Both the position numbers and the translations under genes were made by a program. The notes below the pieces were generated by a model. That model was not told the DNA's origin and searched no databases. It saw only the letters and a program-made list of their open reading frames with translations. Positions 51,256 through 59,691 of a stretch of 64,000 nucleotides of DNA are shown here, one piece after another. Each line of letters begins with the position of its first letter. Position 1 is the stretch's first letter. This stretch comes from Coleofasciculus sp. B1-GNL1-01 (GTDB lineage: Bacteria > Cyanobacteriota > Cyanobacteriia > Cyanobacteriales > Coleofasciculaceae): assembly GCA_040220235.1 (NCBI GenBank), contig JAVJTO010000006.1; one strand, written 5' to 3'.

Positions 51256-52350
51256 ATGAGCTACTGTATCAACCCCAAGTGCGACCAACGGGAAAATCCT
51301 GAGTATCTGGAATACTGCCAAGGCTGTGACACCCCATTAACCATCAACAGTCGATATCGGCTGCTGAAACCCCTTCGACCCCTAGACGCACCCAATCCCA
51401 CCAAAATCTTTGAAGTCCAGGATTTGGCAGCAGAGGCGGCAATCAAAGGAGCAAAACATAAAGTACTAAAAGTTTTAACCCGGAACAATTCCACCTTAGT
51501 TCGCCTGTTCAGACAAGAATCCGAAATTTTAAAGAAACTTAACCATCCGGGTATTCCTAAAGTTCAACCTGAAGACAATTATTTTACCGTTTCTGTCTCC
51601 CGCCGTGCCAGACCATTACATTGCTTGGTGATGGAACAAGTGGAGGGGATAAATTTACGAGAATGGCTCAAACATAATCAACCCATTTCCGAAGCCAAAG
51701 CCATTGAATGGCTAAAACAGTTACTGGATATATTAGATACACTGCACCAACAACAATATTTCCATCGGGATATTAAACCCTCGAATATTATGCTGCGACC
51801 CAATGGTCAACTGGTACTAATTGATTTTGGGACAGTTTGCCAAATGACGGGTACAGTTGTGCAACGACTGATGGGAAAAGATGTAACTGGAGAAGGAGTT
51901 TTTTCACCCGGTTATACCCCTCCTGAACAAATCAACGGTAATGCGGTTCCTCAATCGGATCTTTATGCCTTAGGACGTACCTTTGTCCATTTGCTGACGG
52001 GTAAACATCCTTTAGAACTAGAAACCAATCATCAAACAGGTGAATTAATGTGGCGCAAACATACGCACAAAATCTCTGAACCCTTAGTCGAGTGGCTTGA
52101 CTATTTTATGGCTCCATTTGTCCATCGTAGACCGCCAAATGCAGCGTTTATTTTGCAGCATTTTCAGAAACAACCCCTCCCTCATCCAGACATACCCAAA
52201 ACGTCTCCACTTCCCCTAGGATTAATGATTCTCAATCTTGTTATTTTCTCAATTTTATTAGTCTCCGGAGTCCTCTGGTTACAAGCCTACCAACAGCACC
52301 AGCAGCAGTTGTCTCCTCAAGGGAATGTTCTGTTCATGCAGAGAAGTTAA
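51256..52350 (+). CDS. Serine/threonine protein kinase with N-terminal 4-Cys domain and C-terminal TM helix
   Basis: YCINPKC..CQGC; HRDIKPSN; DFG; GYTPPEQ. Confidence 0.93.
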   Translation: MSYCINPKCDQRENPEYLEYCQGCDTPLTINSRYRLLKPLRPLDAPNPTKIFEVQDLAAEAAIKGAKHKVLKVLTRNNSTLVRLFRQESEILKKLNHPGIPKVQPEDNYFTVSVSRRARPLHCLVMEQVEGINLREWLKHNQPISEAKAIEWLKQLLDILDTLHQQQYFHRDIKPSNIMLRPNGQLVLIDFGTVCQMTGTVVQRLMGKDVTGEGVFSPGYTPPEQINGNAVPQSDLYALGRTFVHLLTGKHPLELETNHQTGELMWRKHTHKISEPLVEWLDYFMAPFVHRRPPNAAFILQHFQKQPLPHPDIPKTSPLPLGLMILNLVIFSILLVSGVLWLQAYQQHQQQLSPQGNVLFMQRS

Positions 52351-52388
52351 AGACATTCATCTGATGTCCTAATCACCCTGGCGACTGT

Positions 52389-52490
52389 TATAGCAGTACG
52401 CTCTCGCGTAGTTACAGTACAAATGTTCTAAGACACTCCTGATAAAGCCTCCATTTCTAATGTGTAAATACACCAGCGCGTAGGGCTATA
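52389..52490. mobile_element. MITE-like element (TATAGC..TACGC termini) containing a LexA-box match at 52416-52429
   Basis: TATAGCAGTACGC and GCGTAGGGCTATA (11/13 inverted repeat); same family as 175-303. Confidence 0.55.
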
Positions 52491-52557
52491 TAATACAGAG
52501 CCGTTTTCTTTTGCCTATTGCCTATTCCCTATTGCCTTTCCCCACCACAACACTTAT

Positions 52558-52803
52558 TCAGCAGACCCTAATTAACCGGACTTGATATGAAAGCGCAACT
52601 ACGAACCTAAAAAAAGAGGGAAGAGTGTCTTTTTCTCTTCCCCCTTGCTGATTCTGTTGTTCAGTTTTTCCACTTTCTTTCAACTTCTTCCGCAACATTT
52701 GCCGTTGCTTCTTCAGTTGTCTGGCTCTGGCGGAACCGCCTTTGCCTTTGTCATTTCGCCCTTGACGGCGAGGAGACTCCCAACGCTTGAGTCGTTGTGT
52801 CAT
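52558..52803 (-). CDS. Small, very basic protein with KGKGGS motif; candidate alternative ribosome-rescue factor
   Basis: AGAGGTGG RBS; ATG 23 nt after tRNA-Leu; Lys/Arg-rich 81 aa ORF with an internal terminator; function is inference. Confidence 0.7.
   Translation of the reverse strand: MTQRLKRWESPRRQGRNDKGKGGSARARQLKKQRQMLRKKLKESGKTEQQNQQGGREKDTLPSFFRFVVALSYQVRLIRVC
52609..52646 (-). terminator. Intrinsic terminator inside the 52558-52803 ORF
   Basis: AGGGGGAAGAG / CTCTTCCCTCT 11-bp stem (one G-U pair), 9-nt loop, T7 run. Confidence 0.75.
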
Positions 52804-52825
52804 GATCACCACCTCTGAATCTGAA

Positions 52826-52908
52826 TGGGCGGAGAGAGACTCGAACTCTCATGACCAGAGGTCGCCACATTTTGAGTGTGGTGCGTCTACCAATTTCGCC
52901 ATCCGCCC
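52826..52908 (-). tRNA. trnL: tRNA-Leu(CAA)
   Basis: GGGCGGA acceptor stem; CCACA-CTCAAAA-TGTGG anticodon arm; long variable arm; GTTCGAGTC T-arm. Confidence 0.95.
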
Positions 52909-53756
52909 TTGGATGCAACCTTTGTATTATAGCCAATAGATGTCGGTTGTAGCAAGGACTGATAGGCTTGAGAACTTGCCCATTTATCAATTTCCCGCGC
53001 CCTTAACACAGGGACGGGGTGGCTCAACTGGGCAGTTTGAGCGGATTTGAGCAGTTCTCCCAATTCCGAGTTACTGATATCATCATAGGCTCTAGCTTGG
53101 GCGATAAAGGCGTCGAGGTTGAGTTGGGGAGCTAGGGTTGGTGAACCGCCAGCGAGTTTCATCAGCACCGACATCACCACTCTGGGATTTTGAGTTGCCA
53201 GCAGCGCCGCGCGATCGCAGGAAAATTCCGCACACCTTAACCATTCCAGCATCTGTTCCTGAAGGCTTTGGGCAATTACAGCGCCCCAAGTTGGCAGTAA
53301 AGACGCCGCTAAAATCATAATGTTAAGCGGTGTCAGATAAACCCCATGCTCGCACTTGAGATGTCCCAATTCGTGAGCAATCACCGCCTGAATTTCTTCG
53401 GGGGTCAGCATATCGATTAAAGCGGTGTGCAGGACGATAAATGGCTGCTTACCCCGCATGGCAAAGGTATAAGCATTTGGCACAGGATGCTGCTGCACGT
53501 ATAGTTGAGGGGGTTCTAAGTCCAGGGTTTTGCAGGCGTCTAGCAGCAAATCATGCAGGTGAGGTAGCTGATTTTCTCCCACCAAAACACTGGCAGCAAT
53601 ATTATTCAGGTAAAAGAATTGTTCCGCCAAGGGTCCGAGGAGATTTCGCACCATCAAGTCCAGTCCAGGGAACTGCTTCAAGGCTTGGGTGGCTTGGAAA
53701 TCAAGAGGATGACGGAACTGGTCTGCCTTTAGACCAACTAACGGTGTTTGGGTCAT
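52887..53756 (-). CDS. M48-family zinc metallopeptidase
   Basis: HELGH, AEFSCDR and SHP motifs; 3' end overlaps tRNA-Leu. Confidence 0.92.
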   Translation of the reverse strand: MTQTPLVGLKADQFRHPLDFQATQALKQFPGLDLMVRNLLGPLAEQFFYLNNIAASVLVGENQLPHLHDLLLDACKTLDLEPPQLYVQQHPVPNAYTFAMRGKQPFIVLHTALIDMLTPEEIQAVIAHELGHLKCEHGVYLTPLNIMILAASLLPTWGAVIAQSLQEQMLEWLRCAEFSCDRAALLATQNPRVVMSVLMKLAGGSPTLAPQLNLDAFIAQARAYDDISNSELGELLKSAQTAQLSHPVPVLRAREIDKWASSQAYQSLLQPTSIGYNTKVASKGGWRNW

Positions 53757-54012
53757 GGGTTATTGGTCATTAGTCATTGGTCTTATGTCATTGGTCATTG
53801 GTTGATCCTAATGACTTCCTCTAGTTTATCGAGAACTGAGCCTAGAGCATCGGTTCAATTCTCGAATCATCTTCGGAAATTACGACAAAACCGTCATATC
53901 AGATACAAAATTTCCTCTGATTTGATCGATAAGCGATCGCTCCCCCAACTCCCAGACGTAGCATGCTACGTCTCTACATGCTTCCCCAGCTCCTCTGATC
54001 AGGTATCACCTA

Positions 54013-54435
54013 TCACCCTTCAGATAGCCATTGCTTAACCCGCTTTAAACTGTCCCAGTCAGGCTTCCTATTCAGTCCATCCTCAATACTCTCAAAGACA
54101 TCCTGACGAACTTGAGAATCCGTCGCCATCATCTGCTTAACGGTATCGATGTGTTTACGCACCCCAGTTTGCCCGGTTTCCAACATCGCTACCGCTAGGT
54201 TTACTCGCGCTTGGGGCGCATTAGCATCAATTTTCGTCCCCTTAAGCGCTACTTTATATGCCCGTTCCGCTTGGTCATCCAGCAAATACAACCAAGCCAG
54301 ACAACTCCAAGCAGCGGCGTTTTTCGGGAAGCGATCGCACAGTTGTTTAAATACAGGAATCAGGGAATCAGGTCCCTCACCCGCGTTGTAGCGTTCTAAG
54401 CCACTCTCGAACAGAGAATTAACAGTTTCGGTCAT
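54013..54435 (-). CDS. TPR-like protein
   Basis: AAWSCLAWLYLL..QARVNLA helical repeats. Confidence 0.8.
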   Translation of the reverse strand: MTETVNSLFESGLERYNAGEGPDSLIPVFKQLCDRFPKNAAAWSCLAWLYLLDDQAERAYKVALKGTKIDANAPQARVNLAVAMLETGQTGVRKHIDTVKQMMATDSQVRQDVFESIEDGLNRKPDWDSLKRVKQWLSEG

Positions 54436-54566
54436 CGATTCAATTTTAGGTTTACCGCGATCTGATGTGAGTCCTCACACCAAGTTACGTTCTAACATGT
54501 CATTTTAAATGCAGTAGGGGTTTGGTTACCAAACCCCTACTCCCGTCCCTATTCCCCCGTTTTTAA

Positions 54567-54920
54567 TTAAACGCCAAAGGATTTACCACAGCCACAGGTT
54601 TGATTGGCGTTGGGGTTGGTGAATTGGAAGCCTCCCCCAATCATGGCATTGCTGTAATCTAAGACTAAACCGTACAAGTACAGGATGCTTTTGGGATCAC
54701 ATATTATTTTGAAGCCCTCGTAGTCAAATACTTCATCGTTATCCCGTACCTTACTCGGATCTTCAAAATCCATCATGTAAGACATCCCGGAACAGCCCCC
54801 CTGACGGACACCAACCCGCAAGTATAGGTCTTGTCCTTGTTGGTCTCGCAGCGCCACAATATGCTTGAGGGCTTGTTCAGTCAGTTGGATACCTCGTTGC
54901 GGTGTTGTTGCTTGTGTCAT
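54567..54920 (-). CDS. iscA: Iron-sulfur cluster assembly accessory protein (HesB/IscA)
   Basis: GGCSGMSY and [12 protein letters not shown] motifs. Confidence 0.92.
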   Translation of the reverse strand: MTQATTPQRGIQLTEQALKHIVALRDQQGQDLYLRVGVRQGGCSGMSYMMDFEDPSKVRDNDEVFDYEGFKIICDPKSILYLYGLVLDYSNAMIGGGFQFTNPNANQTCGCGKSFGV

Positions 54921-55149
54921 AAGTATGTTGTAACTCCTGGTGAGAATAAACTACTGATGTGCCATGCTTATGGATCAAGTTTATCGAGACTGACCCCAAG
55001 CGCGTGTAATTACCCGATAAAAATTTTTAAGGATCATCCTTTCTGCAAACAATGAAGCGCAGCTCGGAAGGTATTGCGGTTTAATAGGAATATCGATTAT
55101 TGATCATGGCTAACTTGCCATGGTTTTTGCACTTATTGCCAAATACCCT

Positions 55150-56811
55150 ATGTCTGCTCTCAATCGCAATACTCGTCGTCGGCTCAAACGGTTACCCCAA
55201 ATTCCCAGCGTCTGGGAAGGCGATCGCCGTTCTTTAGTGACTGTATCCGATCAGGGTGATTTTGATGCTGAGGGTAATAATGAGTGCATTCTTTGGGTGG
55301 ACGGTTCAGAAGGAATTGTCCGGGCGATGGATATCGTTTCCCCAGAAATGGGACCCGAAGCCATTGTTCGCACCCTATTGCGAGCCATGGAACATCCCCA
55401 AAGTCCGGCTCGACCCGCCCGTCCCTCTAAAATTGTGGTACGCGATCGCGAAGTTCAGTTTTTATTGCGTGGGGTGCTGCAAGAGTTGGAGATTGCGATC
55501 GATTATGTTCCCGATTTACCCCTGATTGATGAGTTATTTCGCGGGTTTGAGGAAATTGCCCTCCAGCGCCAGCCAACCTTACCCCCGAAGTATGCCGATC
55601 TATTGATCGGTAAGGCGTATGAGATTTGGCTGGATGCGCCTTGGGATATCCTAGCTGACCATCAGATCCTGAGTGTGGAATTAAATCGCTGGGATGTGGG
55701 TGAGTTCTACGTCTCGGTCATGGGGATGCTGGGTGTAGAGTATGGAATTCTGCTCTATCGCTCCCTGGATTCACTGCAACGGTTTCGGGAGTCGGTCGTC
55801 AATCAGGAATCGGTCGAGGCGATGGAACAGGCATTTTTGGGACAAGATTGCTTGTTTATTACATATCAAGCGGCGGATGAGGACTTTGAAGAGGATGAGG
55901 ATGTAGATTTAGCCGATTTATCTGTTGAAGAGATTTTGCCGAGTTTTGGTGCGGTGCATCCATTAGAGGGAATGCGCCCCTTCCTGGATGAGGAAGAAGC
56001 CCTACTTGTCTATATGGCGCTGGAAGCCCTACATCGATTTTTCCAAGGATCATCCCGAAAATTAGCGGCGGATGATTTTCCGGCGATGAACAAGCGCTTC
56101 CGCATCCCTATCCCTGTAAATACGGAAGAGGAAGATACGGAGTCAAAATCCATCGCGTCTATTAAAGTGTCTACACGACCAGAGGTAGCCTCTGAGTTAT
56201 GGGAGATGGCGATTGATGATGATATGGATGACGAGGACTGGGATGAGGATGAGGATGAGGAGGAACTGGAACTTCCCCTACGGGATGACTTAATCCCGAA
56301 AGATTCTTATCTGAGTTTGGGGATGATGCCCTGGGAGAGTATAGCACTGCTACAGGAGGATATTGATTTTTATCAGTCTCAAGACGCCCCGCCTCTAGGA
56401 GAAGGGTTACCTGTGGTGTTAATTCAAACCACTCGCCCGAAAGCTAAAGTGTTAATCGAGCAAATTCAAACAGCCGGGGGACTCAAGGGGATTGGCTTTA
56501 ACCCCGGAGAAGATCCTCTAGCTGGCGATCGCTACGATTTGGGTATTCTACAAACAGGAGATAGTCATCTGTACCTCTTTGGTGAGTTTCCCGAAGCTGA
56601 TCCAGCTCATACGGCGAGTCGTGAGCATTGGGAACAACGGTGTCTCAAAACAAAGGGCTACTGCGGGTTAATTATCGCCAGAGGACTCAAAGGTGCTTCT
56701 CGCGGTAATCCTCAACCCAAGGACATGATGGCATTCTTTGAAGCGCGATCGCTCTCAGTTAAGGAGTTAGGATTAGGCTTGTTACAACTTATGCCTGTGT
56801 TTGAATTCTAG
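55150..56811 (+). CDS. Conserved hypothetical acidic protein
   Basis: Long ORF; ATG at 55150 preferred. Confidence 0.75.
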   Translation: MSALNRNTRRRLKRLPQIPSVWEGDRRSLVTVSDQGDFDAEGNNECILWVDGSEGIVRAMDIVSPEMGPEAIVRTLLRAMEHPQSPARPARPSKIVVRDREVQFLLRGVLQELEIAIDYVPDLPLIDELFRGFEEIALQRQPTLPPKYADLLIGKAYEIWLDAPWDILADHQILSVELNRWDVGEFYVSVMGMLGVEYGILLYRSLDSLQRFRESVVNQESVEAMEQAFLGQDCLFITYQAADEDFEEDEDVDLADLSVEEILPSFGAVHPLEGMRPFLDEEEALLVYMALEALHRFFQGSSRKLAADDFPAMNKRFRIPIPVNTEEEDTESKSIASIKVSTRPEVASELWEMAIDDDMDDEDWDEDEDEEELELPLRDDLIPKDSYLSLGMMPWESIALLQEDIDFYQSQDAPPLGEGLPVVLIQTTRPKAKVLIEQIQTAGGLKGIGFNPGEDPLAGDRYDLGILQTGDSHLYLFGEFPEADPAHTASREHWEQRCLKTKGYCGLIIARGLKGASRGNPQPKDMMAFFEARSLSVKELGLGLLQLMPVFEF

Positions 56812-56899
56812 ATTCGAGGGAACAGAAAATAGAAACAGTACTGCGGCTCCCCCTGCTCCCAGAGGTGCCGTGGCACGTCTCTACATTGCGCTTTTGAAC

Positions 56900-58396
56900 T
56901 TATTCTAAATCATTGGTAGAAGCATCTGGCGGACCACCTTGGGGTTCATTCGCTGTATTCTCAGTTGAAGTAATCTCTGAGGTCACATCTGTTTCCGACA
57001 CATCTTCAACCGGAACCGTTGTCGGTTCATAGCGATGAATGCGAATTCGGTTCAGGCGGGGACCTTCGGCGGAGATAACTTTTAACTCTAGATTCTCATA
57101 ATTCAAGATTTCCCCTTGCAGCGGAATTTTTTGGAACTGATATAATAAAAAACCCGCCAAGGTTTGATATTCATCGGTTATCGGTAAATTTAAATCCAAA
57201 AGTTCATTAACTTCTTCTAAATCCATTTGGGCTTGAACTAAAAAAGTCTGTTCATCCACAAGTTGAATCGGTACTTCTTCCAGGCTTTCCGGTTCGGGGT
57301 TATCCCCAATAATTTCCGCTACCAAATCCTTCAGCGTCACCAAGCCCGCCGTACCACCAAACTCATCCACCACCATCACCATCGCCAAGTGAGATCGCTG
57401 CATCAGAGGTAGGAGTTCACTCAAGGGGGTTAACTCCGGGACAAAACGAGCCGGACGAATCCAGGGTTCAATCGGTGTATCTAAGGTTAATTTTCGCTCC
57501 GATAGGGGTTTAGCTAACTCTTTAAAATGGATAATCCCGCGAATATCATCCAGCGATTCCCCCGTTACCGGATAGCGAGAATGGTTCGTATTGGCAATTT
57601 CTTCTAACACCATTTGCACCGTTGCTGTACTGGGAATGGCGTCAATGCTAGTACGGGGAACCATTACCTCGGTTGCCAAAACTTCGCCAAATTCAAAAAC
57701 ATTATTCAGTAGCTCTCGTTCTTCGGCTTCTAAACCTGTTGATTCTCGTTCGGTGGTAATAATTAACTGTAACTCTTCTGGAGTCACTTGGTTATTCCAC
57801 CATCCCCCCGTATATTGCACCCCAACCAGTCGCAATAACCAGCGCGTTGATTGATTCAAAATCCAAATAAACGGATTAAAAAATCGGGCAATCACTAGAC
57901 TTGGAGGACCCAAAAACCGAGCTAACTCTTCAGAATACATTAGCGCCACGGATTTCGGACAGAGTTCACCAAGAACAATTTGCAGATAAGCAATCAGGAA
58001 AAATCCCACCGGAATTGCCAGAGAATGAGCGATTCCTTGAATCATCTGCGGCGGTAGGGGTAATTGAGTCAGTATCGCGGCGACGAAAACGGCGACGGTA
58101 TTCTCGCCAATCCAACCCAAGGCTAAACTGGATAGAGTAATGCCTAACTGAGTCGTCGAGAGTAGCCGCTCAATGCTCTGTTGTAGCGATTGAACCGTTT
58201 TCGCTTGCACATCCCCCGCATCAACCAATTGGTTAATCCGCGATCGCCGCACCGACACCATGGAAAACTCAGCCGTGACAAAAAAAGCATTGATTGCAAT
58301 CAACAGCAGGACTAATAATAATCGCAATAGCATGTCCCGGCTGGTAAGGGGCGTAGAAGCACTCGCAGTTAGGAAAACTATTAAATTGGCAACCAT
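56900..58396 (-). CDS. Hemolysin/CNNM family protein (DUF21 + CBS pair + CorC domain)
   Basis: AFFVTAEFS, GELCPKS, HSRYPV and VVDEFGGTAG motifs; start uncertain. Confidence 0.9.
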   Translation of the reverse strand: MVANLIVFLTASASTPLTSRDMLLRLLLVLLLIAINAFFVTAEFSMVSVRRSRINQLVDAGDVQAKTVQSLQQSIERLLSTTQLGITLSSLALGWIGENTVAVFVAAILTQLPLPPQMIQGIAHSLAIPVGFFLIAYLQIVLGELCPKSVALMYSEELARFLGPPSLVIARFFNPFIWILNQSTRWLLRLVGVQYTGGWWNNQVTPEELQLIITTERESTGLEAEERELLNNVFEFGEVLATEVMVPRTSIDAIPSTATVQMVLEEIANTNHSRYPVTGESLDDIRGIIHFKELAKPLSERKLTLDTPIEPWIRPARFVPELTPLSELLPLMQRSHLAMVMVVDEFGGTAGLVTLKDLVAEIIGDNPEPESLEEVPIQLVDEQTFLVQAQMDLEEVNELLDLNLPITDEYQTLAGFLLYQFQKIPLQGEILNYENLELKVISAEGPRLNRIRIHRYEPTTVPVEDVSETDVTSEITSTENTANEPQGGPPDASTNDLE

Positions 58397-58662
58397 AAGA
58401 TTGGTAGCAGGTGACCAGCAAAAGCAGTGAGTAGGTGGGGACAATTAAAGTTAACGGCGGTGATCGTCATTCGTCCTTCGTTTTATGTCTTATGTAAGGG
58501 TTTGAGGACTATTTACAGAACTTAATATAGTTGGGTGTACTGGCACCAACAGGACTTACCCAACGCCATGGTTAACCCGTTGGATTTCGCGATCGCGTGA
58601 GCCAACCTACTTGAACGGGATCTGCTTTCATGCTGCATGTTCCCAACCTACTCCGTTTCTGT

Positions 58663-59439
58663 TTACCTGGCGACAGGGATTTCCGACATTTTCAGCTTAA
58701 GTTTTTGATCGGGATAATCAGTCAAGGTTAACGAAAGCGCCTTGGCGTCATCCAGCAATGCTGTAGGAATACTCACCGTACCCGAAAATTCCTCACCATT
58801 TGACGGCAATTCTCCCGGTAATCCTTCGGTGATCGCACTCAACGCTCGACCTTGATCATCAGTAACATTTAAAAAACTATAAAGAAATCGAACCGGATTA
58901 TTGCCCTCATTCTTCAAGCTAACATCCAGCAACAATGAGCCTCCCTGAAGATTGGCGGAACGAACCTCCAACGTGACCCCCCGATCCTGACTTTTGAGCG
59001 GTAAATTTTGATTTGAGCCACTACTGGTAAACGATGCCTCTGTGTTGAATACATCCGATTCAGACGATTCGTCTTCCAGTTCAGATTGCTGATTTTCTGT
59101 AGTGGACTCCTCTGGCTTCTGTGTCTCACTCTGGCTCTTTGACTCAGAGTCGTTAGTATCGGTCTTGGAGTCTTTATCCTGGTCTTGGTCGTCTTGGTCA
59201 TGGATATAGGCATGAACGTTAACCAGGATATCCCGTTCATTCAACAGCGCAACCTCTTTATCACCCGGCTCAACCTCCTGGTTATTTGCCAGCTTCTTCG
59301 TCGGGCGAACATCGGGCTGAGTGACACCTTTAAGAGCTTCATGACCGAGGGAAAATCCCCACATCGCACTCACAAAGCCAGCACCTAACATCATTGCCAG
59401 CAGAATCAGAGTGAGTGCTACAGTCGAGTTGAATTTCAT
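58663..59439 (-). CDS. Hypothetical membrane-anchored protein
   Basis: N-terminal TM helix, acidic linker, beta-rich C-terminal domain. Confidence 0.75.
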   Translation of the reverse strand: MKFNSTVALTLILLAMMLGAGFVSAMWGFSLGHEALKGVTQPDVRPTKKLANNQEVEPGDKEVALLNERDILVNVHAYIHDQDDQDQDKDSKTDTNDSESKSQSETQKPEESTTENQQSELEDESSESDVFNTEASFTSSGSNQNLPLKSQDRGVTLEVRSANLQGGSLLLDVSLKNEGNNPVRFLYSFLNVTDDQGRALSAITEGLPGELPSNGEEFSGTVSIPTALLDDAKALSLTLTDYPDQKLKLKMSEIPVAR

Positions 59440-59691
59440 TAGTGATTCAAGTTATACAAGAAAAGTAACACGACTTATGGTTATAGCGCATCGAGACCAG
59501 TGACAGCTTACCCTAAAACTAATGGTCATATCCCCAAAGCGACCATCGGATGGGTAAGATTAGTCAAGAATAGCATAAGTTTATAACTCTCAGGACTAGA
59601 TTACTCCACGGTGTAGTCCTCTCCATTTTAGTTTTTGTCGTCATTAGAAGCATCCTTCTGCAATAGGCAGCGATTATCAGGAATTGCTCAA

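Noticed and set aside
52751..52990. 79 aa ORF across tRNA-Leu
   Set aside because: It is an alternative-frame reading of the tRNA and the peptidase end.
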